From an uncultured Actinomycetota bacterium (GTDB taxonomy: Bacteria > Actinomycetota > Actinomycetes > JAHEKZ01), in assembly GCA_963718235.1 (NCBI GenBank), contig CAVQYR010000001.1:1664001-1728000 (forward strand): a stretch of DNA of 64,000 nt, given 5' to 3'. The position numbers and the translations under genes are program-made. Below are positions 29,069-40,246 of this stretch, in pieces. Position 1 is the stretch's first letter. The number at the start of each line of letters is the position of its first letter. The notes beneath the pieces are model-generated. The model had not been told where the DNA came from. It did no database searches and saw only the letters and a list, made by a program, of their open reading frames with translations.

Positions 29069-29970
29069 GCACCCCCACCCGCCCACGACGGGTCCTGCTG
29101 GTGGCCCACACCGGCCGTGACTTCGCCACCGAGCATGCCCGGGCCCTGGCCTCGCGGCTGCTCGAGTCGGGCCTGGTGGTGCGAGCCCTGGACGACGAGG
29201 CCGTCGACCTGGACCTGGCCGGTCTGGAGCCGGTGAGCGCGGGCCGGTCGTCGGCCGACGGTTGCGAGCTCGTCGTGGTGCTCGGCGGCGACGGCACGAT
29301 CCTGCGTGGCGCCGAGCTGGCCCGGCACGCCGACGTCCCGCTGCTCGGGGTCAACCTCGGGCGCGTGGGGTTCCTCGCCGAGGCCGAGCAGCACGACCTG
29401 GACGACGTCGCGGACCAGGTGGCGCGTCGAACCTGGACCGTCGAGCAGCGACTCGCCATCGAGGTGGTCGTGGACGTCGGGGGCGAGGTGCTGCACCGCG
29501 ACTGGGCGCTCAACGAGATCTCGGTCGAGAAGGCCGCGCGTGAGCGGATGATCGAAGTCCTGGTGGCTGTCGACGACCGTCCCTTGTCCCGCTGGGGCTG
29601 CGACGGCGTCGTCGTGGCGACGCCGACCGGATCGACCGCCTACGCCTTCTCCGCGGGTGGCCCGGTCGTGTGGCCGGAGGTCGAGGCGATGCTCGTGGTG
29701 CCGTTGTCGGCGCACGCTCTGTTCAGCCGCGCCATGGTGGTGGCGCCCGGCTCCCAGGTCACCGTCGAGCTGCAGCCCGACACTCATCAAGGGGTGCTGT
29801 GGGCCGACGGCCGGCGCACGATCGAGCTTCCCGAGGGAGCCCGGATGCTGGTGCGACGGCACCCCCAGCCGGTCCGCCTGGCCCGGCTCGGGCGCACCAC
29901 GTTCACCGAGCGGCTGGTGGCCAAGTTCGCCCTCCCGGTCGAAGGCTGGCGCGGGGCGCCGCCACCGTGA
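29065..29970 (+). CDS. ppnK: NAD kinase
   Basis: Motifs LGGDGTIL, ALNE, TPTGSTAY. Confidence 0.96.
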   Translation: MSTPTRPRRVLLVAHTGRDFATEHARALASRLLESGLVVRALDDEAVDLDLAGLEPVSAGRSSADGCELVVVLGGDGTILRGAELARHADVPLLGVNLGRVGFLAEAEQHDLDDVADQVARRTWTVEQRLAIEVVVDVGGEVLHRDWALNEISVEKAARERMIEVLVAVDDRPLSRWGCDGVVVATPTGSTAYAFSAGGPVVWPEVEAMLVVPLSAHALFSRAMVVAPGSQVTVELQPDTHQGVLWADGRRTIELPEGARMLVRRHPQPVRLARLGRTTFTERLVAKFALPVEGWRGAPPP

Positions 29971-31709
29971 TCGAACAGCTGCGGATCACCGCGCTGGGCG
30001 TCATCGAGGAGGCCGTCCTCGACCTGGACCCCGGCCTGAACGTCGTCACCGGCGAGACCGGCGCCGGCAAGACGATGGTCGTCACCGGGCTGGGGCTGCT
30101 GCTCGGCGACCGGGCCGACTCGGGCCTGGTCCGGGCCGGTCGGTCCAAGGCCACCGTCGAGGGAGTGGTCGTGGTTCCCGGCTCAGTCGCCGACCGGGTC
30201 CGGGCGGCCGGCGGTGACCTGGACGACGACGTCCTGGTGCTGGCCCGCACCGTGAGTGCAGAGGGACGTTCACGGGCTCACGTCGGCGGTGCCTCGGCTC
30301 CGGTCGGCCTCCTGGGCGAGCTGTCCGACGAGCTGGTCGCCGTCCACGGACAGTCCGACCAGCAGCGACTGCTGAGTCCGGCCGTCCAGCGCGAGACCCT
30401 CGACCGTCACGCCGGTGCGCCCGTCCTCGACCTGCGGGGGCAGTACGACGTGCAGTTCCACGAGCTGCGCGCGGTCGAGGCGGAGCTGGAGGTGCTGGTC
30501 ACCCAGGCGCGCGAGCGCGAGCTGGAGGCGGACGCTCTGCGGTTCGGGCTGGACGAGGTGCGCGCGGTCGACCCTCGTCCGGCCGAGGACGTCGAGCTGC
30601 TCGTGGAGTCGCAGCGGCGCAGCCATGCCGACTCACTGCGGGAGGCCGCGACGAGCGCGCACGACGCACTGGTCGGGGACGAGTCGGCGGTGGACGCACA
30701 CCGAAGCGACGCCGTGCAGCTCGCCTCGGCGGCGCGCCGGGCGCTGGAGGCGGTCCAGGAGCACGACAGCACCTTGCGCACCTTGGCCGAACAGGTGGCT
30801 GCCGCCGGCTACACGCTGGCCGATGTCGCCGCCGAGCTCAGCTCCTACGCCACGACGGTCGACACCGACCCCGCGCGGCTGGCCTGGGTCGAGGAGCGCC
30901 GGGCCGCCCTGGCCACGTTGACCCGCAAGCACGGGCCCACCGTCGACGACGTGCGGGAGTGGGCCAAGCGCGCGGCGCAGCGGCTGGAGCAGCTGGACGG
31001 CACGCAGGACCGGATCGCGGAGCTCACCGACCACCGTTCCGCGCTCGCGTCGTCCCTGGCCGAGGTCGCGACCGCGTTGTCGCAGGCGCGGGCTGCGGCC
31101 GCGACCGCGTTCGGCTCGGCGGTCACCGCGGAGCTCGTGGAGCTTGCCATGCCGCACGCGAAGGTGACTGCCTCGGTGACCCAACGCGAGTCCGACGACG
31201 GGCTCGTGATTCCCGACGGGCGGCGAGTGCGCTGCGGACCGGAGGGCATCGACGACGTCGAGCTGCTGCTCACACCGCACCCCGGGGCGCCGGAACGCTC
31301 GCTGGGCAAAGGCGCGTCCGGCGGTGAGCTGTCACGGGTCATGCTGGCGGTCGAGGTGGTGTTCTCCGACGCCGACCCGGTCGGGACGTTCGTCTTCGAC
31401 GAGGTCGATGCGGGTGTAGGAGGTGAGGCCGCGATCGAGGTCGGGAGGCGGCTGGCGCAGCTCGCCCGCCACCGGCAAGTGCTCGTGGTGACCCACCTGC
31501 CGCAGGTGGCCGCCTTCGCTGACCGGCACTTCGTCGTCGCCAAGGCCGATGACGGCAGCGTGACCGCGAGCGGCGTGCGGGCCCTGACCGACGACGAGCG
31601 ACCGGAGGAGCTGTCGCGCATGCTGGCCGGTCTGTCCGACTCGTCGCTGGGGCGGGCGCACGCGGCCGAGCTGCTCGCCCTCGCCTCGGCGGCGCGGGCG
31701 AAATCGTGA
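29967..31709 (+). CDS. recN: DNA repair protein RecN
   Basis: Motifs TGETGAGKT, ASGGELSR, FDEVDAGVGG, VTHLPQVAA. Confidence 0.97.
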   Translation: MIEQLRITALGVIEEAVLDLDPGLNVVTGETGAGKTMVVTGLGLLLGDRADSGLVRAGRSKATVEGVVVVPGSVADRVRAAGGDLDDDVLVLARTVSAEGRSRAHVGGASAPVGLLGELSDELVAVHGQSDQQRLLSPAVQRETLDRHAGAPVLDLRGQYDVQFHELRAVEAELEVLVTQARERELEADALRFGLDEVRAVDPRPAEDVELLVESQRRSHADSLREAATSAHDALVGDESAVDAHRSDAVQLASAARRALEAVQEHDSTLRTLAEQVAAAGYTLADVAAELSSYATTVDTDPARLAWVEERRAALATLTRKHGPTVDDVREWAKRAAQRLEQLDGTQDRIAELTDHRSALASSLAEVATALSQARAAAATAFGSAVTAELVELAMPHAKVTASVTQRESDDGLVIPDGRRVRCGPEGIDDVELLLTPHPGAPERSLGKGASGGELSRVMLAVEVVFSDADPVGTFVFDEVDAGVGGEAAIEVGRRLAQLARHRQVLVVTHLPQVAAFADRHFVVAKADDGSVTASGVRALTDDERPEELSRMLAGLSDSSLGRAHAAELLALASAARAKS

Positions 31710-31776
31710 CCTGACTGCCGCTGACGTCGACGTCGTAGGAGCCGGGCCGGGTCGGCAGGTCTGGCAGGATTGCCCG

Positions 31777-32949
31777 GTGCGCCTCTCCCTGCTTCGTTCG
31801 CGTGGGCGCAACCCTGCCGCCGGGGGCGTCGCTCGCCTGGACAAGCGCACCAAGAACCTGACCAAACGGCTGCAGCCCGGCGACGTCGCGGTGATCGACC
31901 ACGTGGACATCGACCGGGTCAGCGCCGAGGCCCTCGTTGCCTGCCAGCCCGCGGCCGTGGTGAACGCGGCGGCGTCGATCAGCGGCCGCTACCCCAACCT
32001 CGGACCGAACATCCTGGTCGAGGCCGGGATCCCGCTGCTCGACGCGGTCGACCCCGAGGTGTTCGTCCGGGTACGCGAGGGAGACCACGTACGGCTCGAC
32101 GGCGACCAGCTCCTGAAGGGTGACGAGGTCGTCGCGTCTGGTCGCCTGCTCGACGCCGAGTACGTGGAACAGGCGATGTCCGAGGCGCGGATGGGGCTGT
32201 CGGTGCAGCTCGAGGCCTTCGCCAGCAACACGATGGAGTACCTGAGGCGTGAGCGTGAGCTGCTCATCGACGGCGTTGGGGTACCGAAGATCCGGACGGT
32301 GGTCGAGGGGCGTCAGGTGCTCATCGTCGTTCGCGGCTACCACTACAAGGAGGACCTGCAGACCCTGCGTCCGTACATCCGTGAGTTCCGGCCCGTGCTG
32401 GTCGGCGTCGACGGGGGAGCCGACGCACTCATGGAGGCGGGGTACAAGCCCGACCTGATCGTCGGCGACATGGACTCGGTGTCCGACGACGTGCTGCGCT
32501 GCGGGGCCGAGATCGTCGTCCACGCCTACCGCGACGGGCGGGCGCCTGGCCTGCACCGGGTCGAGGACCTCGGCCTGGAGGCGGTCGTGTTCCCGGCCAC
32601 GGGAACCAGCGAGGACATCGCCATGCTGCTCGCCGACGACAAGGGTGCGGAGCTGATCGTCGCCGTCGGAACGCACGCCACCCTGGTCGAGTTCCTGGAC
32701 AAGGGGCGTTCGGGGATGGCGAGCACGTTTCTCACCCGACTGCGGGTCGGCGGCAAGCTCGTCGACGCCAAAGGCGTGAGCCGGCTGTACCGCAGTCGCG
32801 TGTCGACCGTGCAGGTGATGCTGCTGATGATGGCCGGCTTCATCGCCCTGGTGGCCGCCCTCGCCTCGACCGAGACCGGCAGCAGCTTCTTGGACTTCCT
32901 CACCTCGCGCTGGGACGACTTCGTCTTCTGGGTGCAGGGGCTGCTGTGA
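31777..32949 (+). CDS. steA: Cytokinetic ring protein SteA
   Basis: Motifs SISGRYPNLGP, GVDGGADAL, FLTRLRVG and a C-terminal TM helix. Follows recN. Confidence 0.9.
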   Translation: MRLSLLRSRGRNPAAGGVARLDKRTKNLTKRLQPGDVAVIDHVDIDRVSAEALVACQPAAVVNAAASISGRYPNLGPNILVEAGIPLLDAVDPEVFVRVREGDHVRLDGDQLLKGDEVVASGRLLDAEYVEQAMSEARMGLSVQLEAFASNTMEYLRRERELLIDGVGVPKIRTVVEGRQVLIVVRGYHYKEDLQTLRPYIREFRPVLVGVDGGADALMEAGYKPDLIVGDMDSVSDDVLRCGAEIVVHAYRDGRAPGLHRVEDLGLEAVVFPATGTSEDIAMLLADDKGAELIVAVGTHATLVEFLDKGRSGMASTFLTRLRVGGKLVDAKGVSRLYRSRVSTVQVMLLMMAGFIALVAALASTETGSSFLDFLTSRWDDFVFWVQGLL

Positions 32950-33887
32950 TCGACTTTCGCTACTTCCTGGTCTCGATCGTGGCCATCTTCTTTGCCCTGG
33001 CGATCGGGATCGTGCTGGGTTCTGGCCCGCTCGAGGGCAACATCAACGACGCGGTGCGCGGCACCAACGAGCAGCTGGCCGCCGAGAAGAAGGCGCTCCA
33101 GGAGCAGGTCGTCGCGCTGCAGGACGAGCTGGATGCCTCACAGGTCTACGCATCAGGGGTGCAGCCGCTCGTGGTGGGCTCGCAGCTGAACGGCGCGACC
33201 GTCGCCATCGTGGTGCTGGACGGCGCGTCGGGCGACCAGGTCGAGGCGGCGACCACGGTGGTGGAGGAGTCGGGCGCGCGAGTGGGTTCGGTGGTCCGGG
33301 TGACCGGCGCCTGGAGCGACCCGGACCAGCAGGACGTGCTCGAACGCGTCGCGAGCGGGCTCGACAAGGCCGACAACAGCGGCAACGCCTCCCTCGTGGG
33401 CGGCCAGGCCCTGGCCGACGCCTTGGTGACGGCCTCTCCCACGGCCGTGGCCCCAGGCGGCGGAAACAAGGTCGACCCCGACGGTCTGGCCGTGGTCACG
33501 GGCCTGGTGGAGGCCGGCTTCCTCGAGGTCGACGCCGTCCGCGACCTGAGGCGGGCCGGTCTGGCAGTGGTCGTGGCCCCCGATAACGATCCCGACGCTG
33601 CGGCGTCCGAGTCGTACCTCCCGCTGATCGAGTCGCTCGACACCGACGGCCGCGGAGTCGTGGTCGGCGGGGCCGAGGCGGCCACGTTGGACGGCGGCAC
33701 GATCAGCGCCGTGCGTGGCTCTTCCTTGTCCGACCAGGTGTCCACCGTCGACGACCTGGACCTCTCGATGGGCGCCGGCACCACCTTGTTGGCCCTGGTC
33801 CAACAGCTCGAGGGCGGAGTGGGGCAGTACGGCATTCGCGCCGGCGCGGAGGCGGTCGTTCCCGAGCAGAGCACGGACGGGTCTTGA
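32946..33887 (+). CDS. steB: SteB/MctB (DUF3186) family protein
   Basis: MIDFRYFLVSIVAIFFALAIGIVLG, a coiled coil, STVDD and GQYG. Confidence 0.88.
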   Translation: MIDFRYFLVSIVAIFFALAIGIVLGSGPLEGNINDAVRGTNEQLAAEKKALQEQVVALQDELDASQVYASGVQPLVVGSQLNGATVAIVVLDGASGDQVEAATTVVEESGARVGSVVRVTGAWSDPDQQDVLERVASGLDKADNSGNASLVGGQALADALVTASPTAVAPGGGNKVDPDGLAVVTGLVEAGFLEVDAVRDLRRAGLAVVVAPDNDPDAAASESYLPLIESLDTDGRGVVVGGAEAATLDGGTISAVRGSSLSDQVSTVDDLDLSMGAGTTLLALVQQLEGGVGQYGIRAGAEAVVPEQSTDGS

Positions 33888-34717
33888 GCCGACACCTGCG
33901 TACCGTGGTCGGTCGCGCGGGATCCGCCACGGTCGCTGCCGGCGTGGCTCGGGGGGTCTTCGCACTTCCGGCACCGGGGGGCCGCGACCGATGGCAACGC
34001 ACCAACCACCGCAGCGGGAGTGTCACCCTGTGGCAAGGTCCCGCGGTGACGGTCGGCACCTGTGCCGGGATCGTGGTGGCACCTGGCCTGACCCCAGGGG
34101 TACGGCTTGGGGTGCTCGGGACCGTCGCCGCTACGGGTGCGCTCGGGGTGTATGACGACCTGGCGGGGGCGGGCAGCACGAAGGGGCTGCGCGGTCACCT
34201 GGGCGCACTTCGGCGCGGGCAGGTCACCAGTGGGGCCGTGAAGGTCGTCGGCATGGGGACGGTCGGGCTCCTCGCCGGACGGGTGCTGCGTCGCCAGCAG
34301 CCACTGTGGGAGCAGGTGGTAGCAGGCGCCCTGGTCGCGGGGTCAGCGAACCTGCTCAACCTCTTGGATCTGCGGCCCGGGCGGGCCACCAAGGCCCTCG
34401 TGCTCGTGGGCGGGCCGGCGATGCTCGGTGGTGGTGTCGGCGGCTCGCTCGTCACCGCACCCGTGGCCGCCGCACTGGCGCTTCTGCCCTCTGACCTCGC
34501 GGAGCGCTCAATGATGGGCGATGCCGGTGCCAACGCCGTGGGTGCTGCCGCGGGCTGTGCCGGCGCTGCGGCACTGGGTCGTGGTCCGCTCGTGGGGTGC
34601 GTCGCGGCCATCGTGGGGCTGACGCTGGCCAGCGAGCGGATCAGCTTCACCCGGGTGATCGAGACGACCCCCGCGCTTCGCGCGCTCGACGCGCTCGGGC
34701 GACGTCCTCCGTCATGA
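33884..34717 (+). CDS. MraY/WecA-like (glycosyl transferase family 4) membrane protein
   Basis: Motifs GVYDD, KGLRGH, NLLNLLDLRPGRA, MGDAGANAVGA. Confidence 0.8.
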   Translation: MSRHLRTVVGRAGSATVAAGVARGVFALPAPGGRDRWQRTNHRSGSVTLWQGPAVTVGTCAGIVVAPGLTPGVRLGVLGTVAATGALGVYDDLAGAGSTKGLRGHLGALRRGQVTSGAVKVVGMGTVGLLAGRVLRRQQPLWEQVVAGALVAGSANLLNLLDLRPGRATKALVLVGGPAMLGGGVGGSLVTAPVAAALALLPSDLAERSMMGDAGANAVGAAAGCAGAAALGRGPLVGCVAAIVGLTLASERISFTRVIETTPALRALDALGRRPPS

Positions 34718-36348
34718 CCGGGTCCGGGCCGGGCCGTCGGGCGGCCGCCCTCGGCGGGGTGGTGGCGATGATCGCGGTCGTCACCGCTGCGTCCCGGGTG
34801 GTCGGGTTCGCCCGGACCTGGGTCCTGGCCCAGACGGTCGGCACGAGCTGTCTGGGAACCGCGTACACGACGGCCAACGCCGTCCCGAACCTGGTCTTCG
34901 AGATCGTCGTCGGTGGGGCACTGGCCGGGAGCGTGGTGCCCCTGCTGGCCGGTCCACTGGCCCGTGGCGACCAGGAGCGGGCCAGGCGGATCACCTCCGC
35001 CCTGTACGGCTGGGTGCTCGTCGTCCTGGTCCCGGCCGCGGTCGTGGTCGCAGCCGCGGCGGGACCGATCACCGCGCTGCTCCTCGGCCCCGGGACCGAC
35101 TCGGGCTGCGCCGCGGACGCCGTGTCGGACACCGCGGCGGCGATGCTCGTGGTCTTCGCCGTCCAGATCCCGGTCTACGGACTGACCGTGGTCGCGCAGG
35201 GGTCGCTGCAGTCGGCCCACCAGTTCCTGGCCCCGGCTCTCGCCCCGCTGCTGTCCAGCCTGGTGGTCATCGCCGCCTACCTCGGCTATGCGCAGCTGGC
35301 GGGGACGGGCGCCGGTGACGTGGTCGGGATCTCCTCGGCCGAGCTGGTCCTCCTGGCCTGGGGCACGACCCTCGGCGTCCTGGTGCTCTGGCTGACCCAG
35401 CTTCCGGCCACCGTGCGCCATGGCCTGTGGGTCAGGCCATCGCTGCGCTTCCCCGAGGCGGTAGCCGACCGGGCACGCGCGCTGGCGGTGGCCGGTCTGG
35501 TCACCGTGGCCGCCCAGTGGCTGGCCTACGGCGTCTCGCTGCGGCTGGTGAACGACCGCGGACCGGAGGGTGCCGCCGTGGTCTACCTGCTGGCCTGGAC
35601 CGTGTTCCTGCTGCCGTGGGCGGTGCTCGTCTTCCCGCTGGCCACCGGCGTCTTCCCGAGGCTCGCGGCGATGCACGAGCACCGGCACACCCTCCAGTTC
35701 GCCGACTCTGTGGCCGGACTCGTCCGCGGAAGTGTGCTGCTCGCGGCCCTCGGCTCGGCTGGGGTGGCGGCCCTGGCCCGCCCCGCCGCGTCGTTCCTCG
35801 TGCTCGGGGCGCCCGGCCGGCCCTCGGTGGACACGCTGTCGGCGGCGTTGACCGGGTTCGCCCCGGGGGTGCTCGGCTTCGCCCTCGTCGCCGTGTGCGG
35901 GCGGGTCCTGTACGCGGCCCACAGGGGATCGGTGGCAGGGGTGGTCACGGTCGGTGGCTGGCTCACGGTCGTGGCGCTCGCCGTGTGGTGGTCCGGCTTG
36001 GTCACCGCTGACCGCGTGGTCGCCGCCGTCGCGCTGGCCACGTCGGTGGGGCTGCTCGTGGCCGGCGTCGTGCTCGTCGTCGCGCTGCGACGGGAGTTCG
36101 GCCGCCCGGCCCTGGCTGGTCTCGCGAGGTCGACCACGGCCGCGGTCGCGGGCGTCGTCGCGGCCACGGCCGTCGGTCGCGGGCTGGCCGACACGATGGC
36201 CTGGTCCACCACCACGGGGGCCTTGCTGGTCGCCCTACTGGTGGGGCTGGTGGTGGTGGTCGTGTTCGTGGCGATGGTGTGGCTGGTCGACCGATCGGCG
36301 CTGCAGTCCCTGGCGCGTCGTCGTCACGGCACGCCGTCGCAGGGCTGA
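34714..36348 (+). CDS. murJ: MurJ/MviN-family lipid II flippase homolog
   Basis: Motifs SRVVGFAR, YTTANAVPN, EIVVGGAL; many TM segments. Confidence 0.85.
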   Translation: MTGSGPGRRAAALGGVVAMIAVVTAASRVVGFARTWVLAQTVGTSCLGTAYTTANAVPNLVFEIVVGGALAGSVVPLLAGPLARGDQERARRITSALYGWVLVVLVPAAVVVAAAAGPITALLLGPGTDSGCAADAVSDTAAAMLVVFAVQIPVYGLTVVAQGSLQSAHQFLAPALAPLLSSLVVIAAYLGYAQLAGTGAGDVVGISSAELVLLAWGTTLGVLVLWLTQLPATVRHGLWVRPSLRFPEAVADRARALAVAGLVTVAAQWLAYGVSLRLVNDRGPEGAAVVYLLAWTVFLLPWAVLVFPLATGVFPRLAAMHEHRHTLQFADSVAGLVRGSVLLAALGSAGVAALARPAASFLVLGAPGRPSVDTLSAALTGFAPGVLGFALVAVCGRVLYAAHRGSVAGVVTVGGWLTVVALAVWWSGLVTADRVVAAVALATSVGLLVAGVVLVVALRREFGRPALAGLARSTTAAVAGVVAATAVGRGLADTMAWSTTTGALLVALLVGLVVVVVFVAMVWLVDRSALQSLARRRHGTPSQG

Positions 36349-36489
36349 TAGCCTGGTGGCCCGTGGATCGATGACGAAAGCTGCTCGAGGAAGCACTGCT
36401 CGACGAATCACTGCTCGACCTTTCGCTCAGCGGCCCGCAGTCACAGCTGATCGCCACTGATCACTTCGGGAACGACCACGGGAGCCCTC
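36349..36489 (+). promoter_or_regulatory. Candidate structured pyrG 5' leader
   Basis: -10-like TAGCCT at 36349. CCCGTGG(A)TCG (36360-36370) pairs with CGACCACGGG (36473-36482). Inner CGAAAG/CTTTCG stem. Confidence 0.5.
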
Positions 36490-38193
36490 TTGGCCGGCGC
36501 GCAGACCACCAAGCACATCTTCGTCACGGGTGGGGTCGCCTCCTCCCTCGGCAAGGGACTCACGGCGTCGAGCCTGGGCAACCTGCTGAAGGCCCGCGGG
36601 TTGCGGGTGACCATGCAGAAGCTCGACCCGTACCTCAACGTAGACCCCGGGACGATGAACCCGTTCCAGCACGGGGAGGTCTTCGTCACCGACGACGGAG
36701 CCGAGACCGACCTCGACATCGGTCACTACGAGCGCTTCCTCGACCGCGAGCTCGCCGGGTCGGCCAACGTCACCACCGGGCAGGTCTACTCCACAGTCAT
36801 CGCCAAGGAGCGGCGAGGGGAGTACCTCGGTGACACCGTCCAGGTGATCCCGCACATCACCAACGAGATCAAGTCACGGATCCGCCGGATGGCTGGTCCC
36901 GAGGTCGACGTCGTGATCACCGAGGTGGGGGGCACGGTCGGAGACATCGAGTCGCTGCCGTTCCTCGAGGCCGTCCGGCAGGTGCGTCACGAGGTCGGAC
37001 GAGACAGCACCTTCGTCGTACACGTCTCGCTCCTGCCCTACATCGGACCCTCCGGGGAGCTGAAGACCAAGCCGACCCAGCACTCCGTGGCGGCGCTGCG
37101 CAACATCGGCATCCAGCCCGACGCGATCGTGCTGCGGGCGGACCGGCCCGTGCCGCCCAGCATCAAGCGCAAGGTCGGTCTCATGTGCGATGTCGACGAC
37201 GAGGCAGTGGTCGCCGCCGTCGACGCTCCGAGCATCTACGACATCCCCAAGGTGCTTCATGCCGAGGGACTCGATGCATACGTCGTGCGTCGGCTCGACC
37301 TTCCCTTCCGCGACGTCGACTGGACCCAGTGGGACGACCTCCTGCGCCGGGTCCACCGACCGGCACACGAGATCACCGTCGCCCTGGTCGGCAAGTACAT
37401 CGACCTGCCCGACGCCTACCTTTCGGTCTCCGAGGCCCTGCGCGCGGGCGGCTTCGCCAACGACGCTCGGGTCACGCTGCGTTGGGTCACGTCCGACGAC
37501 TGTGCGACCCCTGAGGCCGCCGCTCGCCAGCTCTCCGGCGTCGACGCGATCTGTGTTCCCGGCGGGTTCGGGGTGCGCGGGATCGAAGGCAAGCTCGGGG
37601 CGCTGCGCTATGCCCGCGAGCACAAGATCCCGACCCTCGGCCTTTGCCTCGGCCTGCAGTGCATGGTCATCGAGTACGCGCGCAACATGGCCGAGCTGGT
37701 CGATGCCAACTCCGCCGAGTTCGACGACAGCACGCCGTTCCCCGTGATCGCGACGATGGCCGACCAGCGCGACGTCGTGGCCGGCGAGCGCGACATGGGT
37801 GGGACGATGCGACTGGGCCTCTACCCGGCCAAGCTGCTCGAAGGATCGATCGTGCGCGAGCTCTACGGAGAGCCCTACATCGAAGAGCGGCACCGACACC
37901 GGTACGAGGTGAACAACGAGTACCGACCCGCGCTCGAGCAGGCCGGGATCGTCTTCAGCGGCACCTCGCCGGACGGCCGGCTCGTGGAGTTCGTGGAGCT
38001 GCCTCGTGACGTGCACCCGTTCTATGTCGCCACCCAGGCGCATCCGGAGTTCCGCTCCCGCCCCACCCGCGCCCACCCGTTGTTCGCCGGGCTCGTCGCC
38101 GCCGCCCTGCAGCGCAAGCCCGAACAGGTCGAGCTGCCGGCCTCCGCCGTCGGACCGATCGAGTCGGCGGACGCCGTCATCACACCGGCGTGA
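36490..38193 (+). CDS. pyrG: CTP synthase
   Basis: Motifs [34 protein letters not shown]. Confidence 0.98.
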   Translation: MAGAQTTKHIFVTGGVASSLGKGLTASSLGNLLKARGLRVTMQKLDPYLNVDPGTMNPFQHGEVFVTDDGAETDLDIGHYERFLDRELAGSANVTTGQVYSTVIAKERRGEYLGDTVQVIPHITNEIKSRIRRMAGPEVDVVITEVGGTVGDIESLPFLEAVRQVRHEVGRDSTFVVHVSLLPYIGPSGELKTKPTQHSVAALRNIGIQPDAIVLRADRPVPPSIKRKVGLMCDVDDEAVVAAVDAPSIYDIPKVLHAEGLDAYVVRRLDLPFRDVDWTQWDDLLRRVHRPAHEITVALVGKYIDLPDAYLSVSEALRAGGFANDARVTLRWVTSDDCATPEAAARQLSGVDAICVPGGFGVRGIEGKLGALRYAREHKIPTLGLCLGLQCMVIEYARNMAELVDANSAEFDDSTPFPVIATMADQRDVVAGERDMGGTMRLGLYPAKLLEGSIVRELYGEPYIEERHRHRYEVNNEYRPALEQAGIVFSGTSPDGRLVEFVELPRDVHPFYVATQAHPEFRSRPTRAHPLFAGLVAAALQRKPEQVELPASAVGPIESADAVITPA

Positions 38194-38831
38194 CCCCCGT
38201 CTCCGACGACCGGTCGGCCCGACCGGTGCTGGACGAGACCGTGCGCTACCGCGGGATGAAGTGGGACGTCGTCACCGAGACGGTCGCGCTGGACCACGAG
38301 CGGCAGGTCCGTCGTGACGTGGTGGTGCACCCCGGTGCCGTCGGCGTCGTCGCTCTCGACGAAGACCTGCGGGTCCTGCTGATCCAGCAGTACCGCCAGC
38401 CCGTCGGGGCATCGCTGTGGGAGCTGCCGGCCGGGCTGCTCGACCTGGCGGGGGAGGACCCTCGGGTGGCCGCAGAGCGAGAGCTGGCCGAAGAGGCGTT
38501 CGTCCGGGCCAGTGAGTGGGCGACGCTCGTCGACCTGTTCAGCTCCCCGGGCATGTCCTCCGAGGCCTACCGGATCTACCTCGCCCGCGGGATCACCGCC
38601 GTGCCGGAGGGTGAGCGTCACGTCCGGACCGACGAGGAGCGAGACATGCCGGTCCTCTGGGTGCCACTGCAGGAGGCGTGCGCGCAGGTGTTGGCGGGGC
38701 ACGTCCACAACGCGATGGCCGTGGCCGGCCTGCTGGCGGCCCAGTACGCCCTCGAGCGGGAGGGAGCTCCACTCCGCCCGGCCGATGCGACCTGGCCAGA
38801 ACGCAGTGAGCGCTACCACCGAGCCACCTGA
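38190..38831 (+). CDS. NUDIX hydrolase (ADP-ribose pyrophosphatase type)
   Basis: HPGAV, QYR, Nudix box ELPAGLLD...[11 protein letters not shown]. Confidence 0.93.
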   Translation: MTPVSDDRSARPVLDETVRYRGMKWDVVTETVALDHERQVRRDVVVHPGAVGVVALDEDLRVLLIQQYRQPVGASLWELPAGLLDLAGEDPRVAAERELAEEAFVRASEWATLVDLFSSPGMSSEAYRIYLARGITAVPEGERHVRTDEERDMPVLWVPLQEACAQVLAGHVHNAMAVAGLLAAQYALEREGAPLRPADATWPERSERYHRAT

Positions 38832-38926
38832 CCCGTCGACCTGACCCAACGTGGGGGAGCCCGATACACTCGGCGCCGCCCAGGGGTAACCGGGGCGCAG
38901 TCTCGACACGAAGGACGTTGATAGCC

Positions 38927-40042
38927 GTGAAGGTCGGCATCCCCCGCGAGGTCAAGAACCACGAGTACCGAGTCGCCATCACGCCCGCCGGCGTGTACGA
39001 GCTCGTCCGCAACGGCCATGAGGTGTTCGTCGAGACCGACGCGGGCGTCGGCTCGTCGATCAGCAACGATGACTTCGTCGGAGCCGGTGCCCAGATCCTG
39101 CCGACGGCCGATGACGTCTGGTCCACCGGCGACCTGATCCTGAAGGTCAAGGAGCCCATCGCCGAGGAGTACCACCGCATGCGCAAGGGGCAGGTGCTGT
39201 TCACCTACCTGCACCTCGCGGCGTCCCGCGAGTGCACCGACGCACTGCTGAGCTCGGGCACCACGGCCATCGCCTACGAGACCGTCGAGCTGGCCGACCG
39301 GTCGCTCCCACTGCTGGCCCCGATGTCCGAGGTCGCTGGCCGGATGGGTCCCCAGGTGGGTGCGGCCACGCTGCAGCGGGCCAACGGGGGGCGCGGAGTC
39401 CTGCTCGGTGGAGTGCCGGGAGTCAAGGCCGCCAAGGTGGTCGTGCTCGGCGGTGGGGTGTCCGGCTTGAACGCCGCGCAGATCGCCGTGGGCATGGGCG
39501 CTCACGTCACGATCCTGGACATCAACGCCAAGCGACTCGCCGAGATCGACCGCGTGTACCAGGGTCGGATGCAGACGCTGATGTCCAGCTCGTACGCGAT
39601 CGAGCGGGAGGTCGCCGAGGCCGACCTGGTCATCGGTGCCGTCCTGGTGCCGGGCGCCAAGGCACCCAAGCTCGTCAACAACGCCATGGTGGCGTCGATG
39701 AAGCCGGGTGCGGTGCTCGTCGACATCGCGATCGACCAGGGTGGCTGTTTCGAGGGCTCGCGGCCCACCACGCATGCCGACCCGACGTTCAAGGTGCACG
39801 ACACGGTCTTCTACTGCGTCGCGAACATGCCGGGCGCGGTGCCGCACACGTCGACGTACGCACTCACCAACGTGACGCTGCCGTACGCGGTTCAGCTGGC
39901 CAACCTCGGGTGGCAGGGCGCGCTGGCCAACAACGTCGCGCTGCGTCCGGGTCTGAACACCCACGAGGGCCACATCACCTACGAGGCCGTGGCGCAGGCG
40001 TTCGACCTGCCCTGGCTGCGGGTGGACGAGATCCTCGGCTGA
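38927..40042 (+). CDS. ald: Alanine dehydrogenase
   Basis: Motifs [39 protein letters not shown]. Alternative TTG start at 38918. Confidence 0.97.
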   Translation: MKVGIPREVKNHEYRVAITPAGVYELVRNGHEVFVETDAGVGSSISNDDFVGAGAQILPTADDVWSTGDLILKVKEPIAEEYHRMRKGQVLFTYLHLAASRECTDALLSSGTTAIAYETVELADRSLPLLAPMSEVAGRMGPQVGAATLQRANGGRGVLLGGVPGVKAAKVVVLGGGVSGLNAAQIAVGMGAHVTILDINAKRLAEIDRVYQGRMQTLMSSSYAIEREVAEADLVIGAVLVPGAKAPKLVNNAMVASMKPGAVLVDIAIDQGGCFEGSRPTTHADPTFKVHDTVFYCVANMPGAVPHTSTYALTNVTLPYAVQLANLGWQGALANNVALRPGLNTHEGHITYEAVAQAFDLPWLRVDEILG

Positions 40043-40136
40043 CCCTCGGGTCCCCCAGGGATCACGGAGTGACGACCAGGTTCGTCGGTGGTCGGTGGTC
40101 GGTGAGCCCCGCTTCCGGTCGGTGACGCACGCTCGC

Positions 40137-40191
40137 GCCGTCGGCTCGGGCCGTCGGTTCGGGGCCGTCGGTTCGGGGCCGTCGGTTCGGG
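40137..40191. repeat. 13-14-bp tandem repeat, 4 copies (GCCGTCGGTTCGGG)
   Basis: Read directly in the ald-xerD spacer. Confidence 0.85.
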
Positions 40192-40246
40192 CCCGCTCCG
40201 ACCGGTCAGGGCAGGCTGACGCCTGTCGCGGCTATGGTCTTATGTC

